Source: Octopus vulgaris (lineage: Eukaryota). From it: a DNA stretch of 64,000 nt. The notes under the pieces are model-generated. The model was given only the letters and a program-made list of their open reading frames with translations. It was not told the origin of the DNA and did not search any database. The position numbers and the translations under genes are program-made. The stretch is from NCBI GenBank assembly GCA_951406725.2, contig OX597823.1:78492001-78556000 (forward strand), in the 5' to 3' direction. Shown piece after piece: positions 26,034-39,499 of the stretch (positions are counted from its first letter, which is position 1; each line of letters starts with the position of its first letter).

Positions 26034-26399
26034 GGCAGTTTGTCTGTGCGTTTTCTGTGTGTCTGTTTTCTCGTACCCTTACTCTGACCACGGCTTTCAA
26101 CCGATTCTGATGAAACTTGACACACACATAGCCCAATGTCATAATTCAAAACTAATGCAGCGAAAATTTTGAAAAGTTCCCCCAGTTCTGAAAAAAATCG
26201 ATAAATTCGACATGGGGTCGAGAATCAGAAACCCAAACCACAGACCGTCTAGGGGACGCAACTCCACCTTTTTTAACTCTCAAAAAAATTTACCATAATT
26301 TTTTTTCCATTTTTTTGCTATTTTTTGGCTATAACTCTCTAAAAATGCTTTATAGTTATTTCCCTTACAAACCTGAGCAACGCCGGGCGATACTGCTAG
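26020..26399 (+). mobile_element. Non-autonomous Helitron (5' end merged with the (TA)n run)
   Basis: Ends cctgagcaacgccgggcgatactgCTAG|T; 5' body ctgtgtgtctg...aaccgattctgatgaaactt. Confidence 0.8.
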
Positions 26400-27161
26400 T
26401 ATATATATATATGTGTGTTTGTGTTTCTCGCCCCACCACTGTTGGGTTTTTTTACAACCAGTATTGGTTTGTTTGCATCTCCATAATTTAGGAAATTCAG
26501 CAAAAGAGATCAGTACAATAAGTACCAAGCTTTGAAACAAATGTCTTGGAGTAGACATTTTTCAACTAAGTCTTTAAGGTAGTGCCCCAGCATGGCCACA
26601 GTCCAATGACTGAAACAAGCAAGCAATAAAATTAAGCATAATAAAAAATAATGAAAAAAATTGATACCAAGTGGTCACCTGACTGTAACCTTCCTCAGCA
26701 AATATTTGTTTTGAGTATAGGCAAGCTGTTGTGATGTACACATATGACTGCATATATGAAGAAATGTTTATGTGAATCCTCCTTTAAATGAATAGCTAGG
26801 TAGAAGGAAAGATATTTAATGATGAACTAGAATAGAAATGCTTTATTTCGGCAAACAGTTTGTCAAGTACAATAGATTTTAAATATATTGCATTCTACAC
26901 AGTTTCAATTAAACAGAAATGAGAAAAAGCGAAAAAATTGCTCAATGTTATCTGAGTTCTGGAAATCAAATATATCTTTAAGTGAAATTAATAAAGGTTT
27001 ATATATAGTTATATATATTTTTTATACAAGCTTGTGACTATGCACTTATCATCAATCTATCTATCTATCTATTTATTTATATATATATATATATACATAT
27101 ATATGTGTGTGAGTGTGTGTGTGTGTGTGTGTGTACATATATACATACATATATATATATA

Positions 27162-27209
<48 letters not shown>

Positions 27210-28245
27210 CATATATGTATATATATATATTTATATGTATATATATGCATGTGTATGTGTGTTACATACATATGTATATGTAATATATATGCCTTTGTAT
27301 CTGTGTGTAACTGTATATATCTCTGTGTGTGTATATATATATATATATGTATGTATGCATGCATGTATGTATGCATGCATGTATGCATATCATCATTAAT
27401 GTCCATATTACATACTGGCACGAAATATATAAATATATATATACACATGTGTATGTGTGTGTATGTGTGTGTGTGTGTGTGTGTGTATGTGCATGTTTGT
27501 GTGTTTGTATATGTGCGTGCATGTATGTATATTCTGTGAACTATTAGATGAAGTTCTTATTAATATTGAGAGACCTTATTGTATTGCTACTATTGGAAAC
27601 TTTTAGATGATCTGCCGTATTGCTTAATGTTTAAAGAATTATAATAGCCAGAGGACAGTGAAGCATAATGCCTAAAGTTCTATTGATTTACTTTGCACAC
27701 AGCTATTGAGAAAATGCATAAGGTGCAGTGAGATTAAAATATAAAGAGGTGGGTGGGAGTAGATCACATAAAATGCAAAGTTTTATTTCATTTTATTATT
27801 TTTTTTTGGTGTAGGGAGGATTTTTTATGTATATTAAAATCCATTGTTAATGTACATTTTTTTTTTGGTTCTCTTTGAATGGAATGACATTCCAAGAATA
27901 TTCTCTGTCTAATGCTTCACCAATAAAGAAAATATTTAGCAAAATGCATCGTGCATGCAAATAACAAGTAGTCCTTTTTCTTCTTTTTACTTTATTGTTT
28001 TTTTTTGTTACAACTAAGAAAATTCAAAGAAATTTATATATTTGATGTAAGTTTTTTTTTTTTTTTTTGATTTACTAGATTATTGATATTGCATTCCTTA
28101 TTTTTTTCTCCATCTTTCTAGAGTGAAGTATTCACCATGGTCTTCTATCCTTGTTGAAATAATTAAAAATTATTTAGACAAAGACTAATATATTTTTTCA
28201 TTTTGTTACGGTACATTATTATTTCTAGTTAGTGTTTCTGATGTT

Positions 28246-28630
28246 GGTGCATAGTCTAGTGGCTGTGTGATAAAAAGCTTGCTTCCCAACCACATTGTCC
28301 CAGGTTCAGTCCCAATGCTTGGCACCTTGGGGAAGTGTCTTCTATTAAAGCCTCTGGCCAACCAAAACCTTGTAAGGAGCTTTGGTAGGTGGAAACTGAA
28401 AGAAGCCCGTCGTATATGTGTGTGTAGTGGGGGAGGGGATATGTATGTATTTGTGTGTCTCGCTTGACAACTGGTGTTGGTGTGTTTACGTCTCAGTAAC
28501 TTAGCAGTTTGGCAAAAAAGACTGATAGAATAAGTACTAGGCTTACAAAGAATAAGTCCTGGGGTCGATTTATTTGACTACAAGTAGTGCTCCAGCATGA
28601 CTGCTGTCAAATGATTGAAACAAGTAAAAG
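28246..28630 (+). mobile_element. SINE family A, full length
   Basis: Head tggctgtgtgataaaaagcttgc; tail ccagcatgactgctgtcaaatgattgaaacaagtaaaag. Confidence 0.85.
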
Positions 28631-31339
28631 TGTGTGTCCCTGAAGCGGTATTCTGAAGGAGTCAGGGAGTCATAGATCTAGATAGAAACCAGCTCCTTCT
28701 CAACTGGTAAGAAATCTTGAAATAAAACTGGAGATGACATACAAACGTATGGATGGGCTTCTTTCAAACAAATCTACTAAAAAGGATGTGGTTGGCTCAG
28801 GGCCATAGCAGAGTATTATTTGAGGGAAACCGGTTGCTACTTCTTGGCTGTAGAATGACCACGTAGAAGCCTTTTTATTGGCTTGCATCTATTCCTACTA
28901 GTTTTACATTAGGGTTTTAACCAAAGTGTTTGGATCGTTATATAACGAGAGATATTTTGGATGGATTTAATTACAGTTTCTGACATTTCATAACACAATT
29001 TATTGACTGAAATGAAGGAAAAGTTTTCACATTCGTTTTATGGATTTGTTAATTTCCTTCTCCTTCTCTTCTTCCTCCTCCTCATCTTCATCGACATCAT
29101 CATCATCCTCGCTTTCCCTTTTCCTTATGTTGATGTGGTTGCATCTTTTTCTTTTTTTTTTTTGTACTTAGATTAGAACTATAAATTATATTATAGCACC
29201 ACAATCTATATTTTGTCGAATTTAATTAACTCTTATCACTTCTCTTCTGATATTAGTTAGTTGCAGAAATATAGCCCATAATATTTCAGAAAACCAGCAA
29301 TTAAAAGTATTAATTATACCTTAATTTCTCCTGTTGCAGTTGGTTCCTATGATGAAACTAATTTATTACTCTGAACTGATAAGGGACATGATATGTTGTT
29401 ACTTATTCTGCTAGAAATAGTAGCCATGTCATATATATACATGTCATATATACAAGCATGCATGCATGCATGCATGCATGCATGCATACATACATACATA
29501 CATACATACATACATACATGCATGCATGCACACACACACACACACACACACACATACATACATACATACATACATACATACATACATACATACATACATA
29601 CATACATACATACATACATACATACATGACTTGCTCACACAAGAGTTGCAATTTGCCATATTCACTCACAAAGCATCGATTGGTTCAAAGCTGAACCCAA
29701 AACAACATAGTTTCAAAGCAGATTTCTTGACCACGAGACTATTCTTGCTCTCAGGTTCTGTCCAGTTGAACTGAATTCAAAAATTCAAATCCACATGTCT
29801 TTGAAGTGAACATTTTGAAATATCTGTATGTAATCTGTTCCCTTCCATACTTAAAGGATAAAGCTTGTTTCTAATTTTGCTACAAAATTTCCATTGTTGC
29901 CCACTGTCATCGAAGTTTCAAATCTTTGAAACTGATGATGAATACTCAGAGATTTAACTGCAACTTTTAAGCAAATTTTTGTCTAATTAAAATAAGATGA
30001 TGTGTATACTTACAGTGTAGTGGTTACGAGTTTAACTAACTCAGTTTACTATGAATAGACTTCATCATATTATTTCAAACACATTCAATTTAAATATTCA
30101 CTTATTTGGCATTTCATCACATATTCTTCTTAACCATTGAGTGTTATCCCAAAAGAGTTCAAGGTTAGCACTAGCAATTAGTAACCAAACTTCAGTTCTC
30201 TATAGATATAACTATATTCATAAGGTTGGACACTGCCAATGTACCTGTCAAATGGTAAAGATTTTTAAAGAAATTGGTTCCTGAAAGCATATTAATTCTA
30301 CTATATTTGATATGATGATAGTTCTCTAAGGAAAAGAACAATCCAAGACAATCAACCAAGACAGTGTATACCTCATTAGCAGTTATTCCATTGTGAATCA
30401 AAAAAGTCAATGATGAAAGACACCATTTTTGAGTGGTATTCAGTATATTATTCAATATTATTAAATTGTATACGACTTTTCTTTCCTAAATTTCCTGAAA
30501 AGTTCATGTCTTCAGCCAAGAACTCTAAAATCTTAAGTTGTGTTCAAGATCATAATTTTTGAATTAATTTGTCAAATTGCATAGATTTATACTCAATTAC
30601 TACTGTATACAAATACCCCAAACTCTTCTTTTGTCACGCTCTGTCCCTGTCTATGTCTCTCATCTATACATACATATATATTTTTATACATATATATATG
30701 GATGTGTGTGTATGTATGTATGTATGTATGTATGTATGTATGTATGTATGTATGTATGTATGTATGTATGTATGTATACAATTGAGAGTCTTCACAATTC
30801 TATGCCATATTTGCCATTACTGAAAATGTGGATAGAAGACATACATGAATTAGGATGAGTGGTTGAAAATATGAAAAGAAAGCATGTGTTAGAAGAGGGT
30901 AGTGGCTTGATCCACTCTGTCCTACAAGCTGGCACTGAGCTTAGGAAAGATAACAGATAACAGAAAGACATCAGAGACATGTGAAACGCATGAACTTTGA
31001 AAAAAGACCAATATATGAGATATCAGTGGTCAACCAGCCAATCTGATGCCAATCACTGGCAGAGATCAGTGTACCAACATAAATGTGAATTGCTCATATA
31101 TTGATCATGTGTGCAGAAAATCTGACCACTTGGACATCTGATAAGCAGGATCTAATTAAGCAATTTCACCTTCAGTGCACTTTTTCTGATAAGGGCATTA
31201 GCTATTTAGTGCATTTTAGCCTCTAAAGAGCAGTGTCCATAACAGTCAAGACAATGAAGGACAATGGTGATGATAGTAACAGCTAAACTACAAAGCTGTG
31301 AGAATCAATCCAATCGTTTTTATTTTTTTTGTCAAGGCA

Positions 31340-31755
31340 TCATCCAGTCAGGCTGATTGCCCAGACCAGCCTGACTACCTCTCTCCATCCCTCCCAATCT
31401 TCCATTAGTGGTTTTAGGTCTTCAACTTGGCATCCAACATCTTCTGCAACCTGTTGTATATACGTCTTCCGTGGTCTTCCAGCTACTGTGGTACCATGAT
31501 TTGGTGTCCACAGCAACATATTACTCACAAGGTCTTCTTTACTTCTCCAGCAGTGGCCAACAAACCTCAATTTCCTCTCTTCTATGGTTGATGAGAAAGT
31601 TGGTACATTCCCATATAACCGTTGTTTTGTTGGGTGCTCCCTCCAAGAGATGCTGAGGACTGCATGTAGCATTCTAGTGTAGGCACCGTCCAGCATGCAC
31701 TTGAGTCTCTTGGTGAGAGTCCAAACCAAAAATCCATATACAAGCACTGCTGAAC
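31340..31755 (-). mobile_element. 3' end of an RTE-clade LINE ORF, 5'-truncated, frame still open for 135 codons
   Basis: LVYG..WTLTK..LDGAYTRML..L.ISW..HPT...LYG...R.LRF.GHCWR...LLW.P.HG....GRPRKTY...D.G.......MEDW.GWR is the typical RTE C-terminal domain; an A-rich tail follows. Confidence 0.9.
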
Positions 31756-31875
31756 TTTTATTGCAGAATAAAATCTTGTTCCATTGTATGTAGTAGCAAC
31801 AATATTAAGATGCAAACAATAACAAATATTTCTGTATTAAAATCTCAAAGGAATTTGTGTTCCTTCCATTGACAT

Positions 31876-32147
31876 AAAAAAAGAAAATACATAAATGCAC
31901 CCTTTTTTTAAAGCCTAGCCAGGCTCATGGGCTCGGTATCCTGGTTTCAATAGCATATGTGTTCCCTAGCTGGACGAGACGCCAGTCCATCACAGCGTTA
32001 CTCATTTTTGCCAGCTGAGTGGACTAGAGCAATGTGAAATGAAGTGTTTTGCTCAAGAACACAATGCATCACCTGGTCCAGGAATTGAAACCACAATCTT
32101 ACTATCATGATGCTGACATCCTAACCAATAAGCTACGTGCCTCCATG
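31876..32147 (-). mobile_element. tRNA-derived CORE-like SINE family D, full length with 10-bp TSD
   Basis: Head ggaggcacgtagcttattggttagg...gtttcaattcc; body gtgttcttgagcaaaacactt...gtccactcagctg; gatggactggcgtctcgtccag; TSD CCATTGACAT at 31866-31875 and 32148-32157. Confidence 0.85.
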
Positions 32148-33424
32148 CCATTGACATCAACTCAACCAAACCACACAGGTGACGCACACCCAGAAATATC
32201 CTATCATTACAACATATGAAATATACTGTTATGAGCTCAACTATTTTGATGCCAATCTTCATGAGAGTATCGCTGATTCTTTGCCAGAAAAGAGTTTGCT
32301 TTTTATGTACTCATATTTAACAGTGTAAAAGATAGTTATTTTATTAAATGCAGATAAATTTTTGATTATTTTAAAAATTTATTGAAACACCTAAGTAATG
32401 TATTTTGTAAGACATATGGTATTTTGTGAGATGTATTGAGTTAACTTTATTTAAGCAAGATACCAGCACTTACTCCAGTCTTTCTCAATACAAATAAGTT
32501 TCAGTAAGAATAGGAAAGGAATGCAAATGTACAAATACTTGTTCCAATAATCTGTAAATATTCAACAAGGAAAGCCCATCCTACTCATGCTATCATAAGA
32601 AAGAGAAAAATTGAGTTGCTGATTCTACTTGTATGTGACACAATGGTTATCAAGATTTTTTTTCCATTCCTAGTTTACTTAAAATAAAAGTAAAAGAACT
32701 GAAAAAAAAAAAAAAACTTAGTTTCATACTGAAACTATAAAGATCTAAAATAACATTAGATATATCCTTCACCAGAGCCAGAAGGAAAAGAAATCACTAA
32801 GAAAAGAAAATAGAATATTTTTGTGTGTAAAGCCTCAAAGCCCCTTATATCACACTATTATCATGTTCATGGATATCAGAATTTGGAGCAAATGTAATTT
32901 AGTATGATTTTACAACAGTGGAATATACAACAGCAGAACAAATAAAATATATTTAACTTTTTTTTTTCTAATTGTAGATACGGATCTGCCAACTTATTTT
33001 TTGCATTTCTGCTTCTAGTCATGCTAAAATACTGCTTTTAAATTCCAGCTTTAAACATTAAAATGAATGCTTATATATGTGTGTGTGTGTGTGTGGTGCC
33101 CATATATGCATTCACTCAATTCTCTTTATATATTTATTGCATTAGAAAATCAGCTTTAATACTCCCAACTCCTTTCTACTGCATTTTATATTTTTTTTAT
33201 TTTTCAAACTCTACGATGTAGTCGTGGCTGTGTTGCTAAAATGTTTGCTTCACAGTCTTATAGTTCCAGATTTGGTCCTACACCAAACATCTTCTAATAC
33301 AGCTTTGCTTAGATCCATGCACTTTGAGTGAAATTACGTAGAAGGAGGCCATGCAGAATCCTATCGGATTAACTGCGTCATTTCATATGGAGGTAGACCT
33401 AACTTGTTACCCTGTTTAACACCA

Positions 33425-33600
33425 CCAAACTCTGCTTGCAAAGACCTGTTGAGGAAAGTGAAATCGAAATCAAATTCGATGACTGGCATATGTGCTAGTG
33501 GAGTGCTAAGAGCACTATCTGAGTGTGATTGTTGCCAGAGCAGCTAACTGGCTTCTGTGCCGGTGGCACATAAAAAGCACCATTCGAGCATGATCATTAC
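33425..33600 (+). mobile_element. Upstream part of the RTE-type 3' tail (family C), cut by a B2 SINE
   Basis: aagacctgttgaggaaagtgaaatcgaaatc plus two internal units; homologous to 48959-49130. Confidence 0.7.
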
Positions 33601-33833
33601 CTATTTCTTTACTACCCACAAGGGGCTAAACACAGAGGGGACAAACAAGGACAGACATAGGTATTAAGTCGATTACATCGACCCCAGTGTGTAACTGGTA
33701 CTTAATTTATCGACCCCAAAAGGATGAAAGGCAAAGTCGACCTCGGCAGAATTTGAACTCAGAACGTAGTGGCAGACGAAATACCAATAAGCATTTTACC
33801 TGGTGCACTAACGTTTCTGCCAACTCGCTGCCT
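33601..33833 (-). mobile_element. SINE family B (B2)
   Basis: Near-identical to 10754-10983. Confidence 0.9.
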
Positions 33834-33861
33834 TAGACATACCAAATATTATTTTAGTCAG

Positions 33862-33971
33862 TTTAAGGTGATTTCGTTTGTACTGTAAACCATTTACAAT
33901 TTCTATGGTGCCCTTCTTCCCTTGATGCTCTAAGTATGTTCTTATTTTGCTTAATGGTTAATCCAGCACTG
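33862..33971 (-). mobile_element. Terminal fragment of the hAT family seen at 4551 and 50376
   Basis: ccatttacaatttctatggtgccc...cttattttgcttaatggttaatccagcactg. Confidence 0.75.
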
Positions 33972-34480
33972 GTTGACTTGTATGTCGGAAAATAGAGTAA
34001 CCCTTTAGTGCTGTCAGCAGAGCCTACTGTGTTGCAAACATTCAAGCTAGGTGTCTGGTTAGAGAACTGCTGAATATCTTGATGCCTAGCTTCCTGTCCA
34101 TAAGTAATGGATCCTATCTATATTTACATCACCACCAGTCGTTGTGGTATTGCTCTTCTCATATCTGACTAGACCATAAAAAAAAAACTATCTTTTCTTT
34201 CCTTCCTTTCTCATTTTTTATTCACCCTCTCTCTTTCCCTGTCTCTCTCCCCTCTCACTCTCTCATAGGCTTTAGTATCTCTTTCACTTCCACCACCTAG
34301 TTATCACAGCTAATCCAGTAAGCAGACCCCCTACGGTTGCTTGACTTGCTAGAAATGGCAACTGCAAAATCTCTCAAATCACAGAACATACCATCATTTT
34401 TAGCATAACCTACCAACACAAAAAGATACATTGAATAATGCAGTCCTAGATAAATTACCACCAAACTTTGGTGATAATTA

Positions 34481-34892
34481 TAGGCGTAGGAGTGGCTGTG
34501 TGGTAAGTAGCTTGCTTACAAACCACATGGTTCCGGGTTCAGTCCCACTGTGTGGCACCTTGGGCAAGTGTCTTCTACTATAGCCTCGGGCCGACCAAAG
34601 CCTTGTGAGTTGATTTGGAAGACGGAAACTGAAAGAAGCCTGTCATATATATGTATATATATGTATATGTGTGTATGTTTGTGTGTCTGTGTTTGTCCCC
34701 CAAAATCATTTGACAACTGATGCTGGTGTGTCTACATCCCTGTAACTTAGTGGTTCGGCAACTTAGTGGTTCGGCAAAAGAAACCAATAGAATAAGTATT
34801 AGGCTTACAAAGAATAAGTCCCGGGGTCGATTTGCTCAACCAAAGGTGGTGCTCCAGCACGGCCACAGTCAAATGGACTGAAACAAGTAAAA
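34481..34892 (+). mobile_element. SINE family A, young full-length copy with an internal 16-bp tandem duplication
   Basis: Consensus-like; aacttagtggttcggc appears twice at 34744-34775. It interrupts a family E repeat. Confidence 0.9.
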
Positions 34893-35103
34893 TAGTAAAC
34901 TTAAAAGGAATCATTACAAATGAAAAAGATGGGATGATTAAAGCCAGAACACCTTCGTAAGCCCTGGCGGAGGTGGGGAGGTTCAACTTCATACTTGGGG
35001 ATGAGAAGATTACTATGAGAAATGGCAGGCAGAGCATATTTCTGCAGAGGGATTCGCATGGCCATTTGCATCTAAAGGGGCAGGAAGAGAAACAGAAAAT
35101 GAT

Positions 35104-35445
35104 CAGGCACAGGAATGGATTTGTGGTTAATAAGCTCCCATTATAACAATGGAATTTTGGGTTCAGTCACACTGTTTGGCACCTTGGGCAATGTGTCCCT
35201 ATAATAACCCCAGGCCTACCAATGGATTGTGAGTGAAATTTCATAGAAGAAAACGGTGTGGAAGTCCATCATACATGTGTATGTCTGTTTGTATTTGTTC
35301 CATCCCTTCCTCACAATTGACAACTGGTGTTGGTTCATTTATATTCCTGTAACTTAATGGCACAGCAAAAGGTACTGATGAAATAAATACCATACTTTCA
35401 GAACCTAAGTACAAGAGTTCAGCTGCTTATCTAAACCCTTCAAGA
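35104..35445 (+). mobile_element. SINE family A, older diverged copy
   Basis: gggttcagtcacactgtttggcaccttgggcaatg...gacaactggtgttgg. Confidence 0.7.
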
Positions 35446-35511
35446 TTTGGTTGACAGAAACTAACCAACACCTGTTATACATATATATACATACATACAT
35501 ACATACATACA

Positions 35512-35571
<60 letters not shown>

Positions 35572-35572
<1 letters not shown>

Positions 35573-35765
35573 CAATAATAATAAAGGGTAAAATGAATGA
35601 ATTAATTAATAATTAATAATTTTACCAAGTAGTTTGTTATGTTAAAAGAACCATTATCAGTAAACTTATAGAAAATTCTATAATTATGAGTATAATTATA
35701 ATTAGGGTTCAGCAAAAATTTACTTCACCACATACCGAAATTTAGAAATAGCAGTTAAAAACTAC

Positions 35766-35766
<1 letters not shown>
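35572..35766. mobile_element. ~190-bp AT-rich element embedded in (TA)n; same family as 25385-25985 (split by a Helitron) and 50905-51002 (reverse, partial)
   Basis: Shared blocks accaagtagttt...gaaccat...taaactt and ccacataccgaaatttagaaatagcagt. Confidence 0.7.
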
Positions 35767-36080
<314 letters not shown>

Positions 36081-36864
36081 TGTGATAGTATATTGATCAA
36101 TCTATCTGTCTGTCTGTCTATATATATATGTGTATATATATACAGGCAGGCAGACAGGTAGGCAGTCAGTCAGACAGATAGATAGATATGCTATTACTTT
36201 TTTGTTAATATTGATTTAAAGATCAAGTGAAGCATTATTCAAATAGAACTTGATGCCTGATGTGCAATTAGGTGCAATCACTAATTCACCAGCCGAATAT
36301 AGGTATCCAATATCTTTATTAATGCCAATTCCATATGAGTGTTTCAATGTCACAGAAATATGGTTAGTGTATTTGTAGCTTTCCATCTGTGGGGGACTGT
36401 CATCATACTTAGTCTAAATGTGTGAATAGGTGTGTGTGCGTGTATGTGTGTGTCCCCACGTGCACATGCACACAAAGCTTACTTATAAGCAATCTCTTAT
36501 GTAGAAAATGCAGAAATCATTAGACATGTTTGCAAAGCTCTTTCTGTCCCTGAATTTTGAAATTTTATTAATGCATATATCTCGTTTTTATTGGTAAGGG
36601 CATTGATATTCTATGAAGATTTATATGCATATTTACATGTGTGTGTGTGTGTGTGTGTATTTACTTGTGCATTTACATGTATTTGTGTGCATATATGTCA
36701 AGCTATCTCTCCCTCTGTCCACCTATCTATGAATGCATATATGTATATAAATCATCATCATTTAGCGTCCGCTTTCAATGCTAGCATAAATATATAAATA
36801 TATATACTTATATATACACATACATGCATATATATATATATATACATACATATGTGCATATATA

Positions 36865-36923
<59 letters not shown>

Positions 36924-36997
36924 TCATCATCATCATTATCATCATCATTTAGCGTCCGCTTTCCATGCTAGCATATGTATATATATATATATATGTG

Positions 36998-37041
<44 letters not shown>

Positions 37042-37211
37042 TATAAATACATATATATGCACACATATATATATATATACATACATATATGTGTATATAT
37101 ATATATATACACTTATATATACATATACATATATATACACATACATGCACATATATATGTATATATATATATATATATATATGCATATATATATGTATAT
37201 CAATAAATCTC

Positions 37212-37246
<35 letters not shown>

Positions 37247-38579
37247 CTCCATTTGTGTGTATTAAGAATATAAATATATGCGTGTGTGTGTGTTAAGAAT
37301 CTCACAAGTGCTGTTGCAAAAGCCTCATGTGGATTCTTAAGCTACAGAGTAAAGCTGCGATGGTTATGATGATCATACAACAGAGGAGATCAACAATGAG
37401 CAGACTGGCTTCTAAAAGCTAATTGATGCCAGTGCGTTGAAAAGATAATGCTAATGGTAAGAGAATAGCTGTTTGTTCTATGTGATCAACATTTGCAATA
37501 TATAGGTAATTCATGGAATCAGTAATGTAGCCTTCTTGAACCTAAGCTGCTTTTAATAGCATTTCTAAACTTAACAACAAATGGCAAACGAAAGTGACAA
37601 GCTTATTTAAAGGAAGTGAAGAAGATGGAGGTTTGGAGCAAGCTAACGAATGAAAGAACTAGAAGTGGAAGTAATTAAGAATAAATGCTCAAATGGCTTA
37701 CTTGAATTTACTTGTCCAAGAATTTGATAATGAACTTAAACCTCGACATCAGTTCATATATGTAAGTTTAGGTTGTTTAAGTACTGTATGAATGAAAGAA
37801 AGTATTTTTCTTTAGCTATTGGCTTCATTCATACTTCCTATTAATGTAATTTCAAAGCTTCTATTGCATTCATAGAATTATAAGTTCAAAACTTTAGTAT
37901 GTATGAGTACATGCATGTATGCATTTCATCATTTAATTTAGCTAAGCAAAGGAAAATAGAGAAGTGAATGGTTAATTGTGTGTACATGTGTGTGTATGGG
38001 GATTTGCAAGTGTTATCATGTGCAAAATAAAAGTGCTCAATATCTGTTGTAGAGTGGAATATTTGATGTGTAGCAGTAATCATAATTGACAGTAACTCAG
38101 CTAAAGTTGTTATAGCACTATACACCTCCCTGACGAACACATTCATATTCATATAGGTTGAAATGTCCAATCCATGCCAGCATGGAAAAAGGGATGTTAA
38201 ATGATGATGATCTCCCACACACAAAAACACATGTGCATGTGCACATGCTCAACGAGAGAAACTTCTTCCAGGACAACCTACTGAGAGCTACAGACTAAAT
38301 CTATAGCTGCAGCAAAGTTCCATCTTAACTAAAGGTGACTTGGTAGTGGAGCAGTGAAATAGACTGGGAGACAGGTTTGGAAGGGCCTGAAGAATGGCAG
38401 CCACAGAGAACTATACCAGGTAGCTTGAACAGAAGCTTGGCGACAGGTTTATTTAGCATGAGGCAAAGCAGAAAAGAGGTTTGTCAATGTTCTGCAGTAT
38501 GATGACCAGAGACATGAGATGCTTTGGATTGCGAAGCTGTATATCAGAGAAAATCACGATGTTATTGGGTAGAAGCTTG

Positions 38580-38783
38580 CATGGGCCCGGGAACAGGGGA
38601 TGCAGGTGGTGCAAGTGCACCCCCTAGAATTTTTGTGGAGTGCAGAACCAAAATTTGCAGCCCCATTTATTTTCCTCGGGTTTAGAAAATAGTAAATAAA
38701 AAGCAGTGTGTAAAGACCTTTTTTGTAAATATTTTTGGACCTGGGTTTGCACCCTCTGAGCAAATTTCATTCCTGAGCCAGTG
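38580..38783. mobile_element. hAT-type MITE inserted in the RTE LINE
   Basis: CA...TG termini with imperfect TIR catgggcccgggaa / ttcctgagccagtg; perfect 8-bp TSD GAAGCTTG at 38572-38579 and 38784-38791; subterminal tgcaccc motifs. Confidence 0.8.
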
Positions 38784-39312
38784 GAAGCTTGTATAGATGG
38801 ATAATTGTCCATTAACACTTCAGGATTCTAAAAGAGATAGAGGCATAGAAGTGCTGTTATGAAAGGTTATTAGATATGGAAAATGAACGAGAGAAAGAGT
38901 CTTTTCAATGTTAAACCTGAATGGTAGACCAACCATTCTATCTGACAGCATTATGGGAGACAAAGCAATAAAAGGCATAAAAACAGGAAAACTGTCTTGT
39001 ACATTAGGAATTACAGCTGAGATGCTTAAGAATATCTGGTGGAATGGGATGTAGCCTGGTTGCCCATATTCTTAATCAGATTGTACAGGAAGGTATCATC
39101 CCCTGTGACTGGTGTGGCAGTATCATAGTCAAATGTTACAAAGGTAAAGGAAATGCCTTTATGAGAAGTATCATATCGCTGGACTAGGTCATGAAAGCTG
39201 CTGAAAGTGTCATAACATGATTAAGTAGGAAGAGAGCTAACCTAGATGAGATACAGTTTGATACAGGGTGAAACACTTCTGTAACTTTCTTTCTAATAAG
39301 GCAATTGCTGAA

Positions 39313-39499
39313 GTGTCTGGGGAGTCATTTTCTTTTTCTGCCTTATAATGTAACAGACTCACCGGTAAAATTTCCACTTATTTCTTATTTTATTTAAAAA
39401 TTAAAAAAAAAAATTTTTTAAGTAAGAAATAAGTGGAAATTTTACCGGTGAGTGTGTTACATTATAAGGCACAAAAAGAAAATGACTTTCCTCAGACAC
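39313..39499. repeat. ~75-bp inverted repeat (fold-back) with ~35-nt AT spacer
   Basis: 39313-39387 and 39423-39499 are reverse complements with few mismatches. Confidence 0.9.

Larger units (their letters stand above)
24425..26630 (+). mobile_element. SINE family A split by nested insertions (head 24425-24590, tail 26405-26630)
   Basis: The head ends at gaaagaagccagtc, where the internal microsatellite normally begins; the tail resumes at tgtgtgtttgtgtttctcgccccacc. Confidence 0.75.

Noticed and set aside
30478-30520. Minus-strand CTGAAGA...GAAA, and other isolated CTGANGA words (497, 9775, 20719, 21142, 26107, 49759)
   Set aside because: Stems I and III or a correctly placed GAAA/NUH are missing; not hammerheads.
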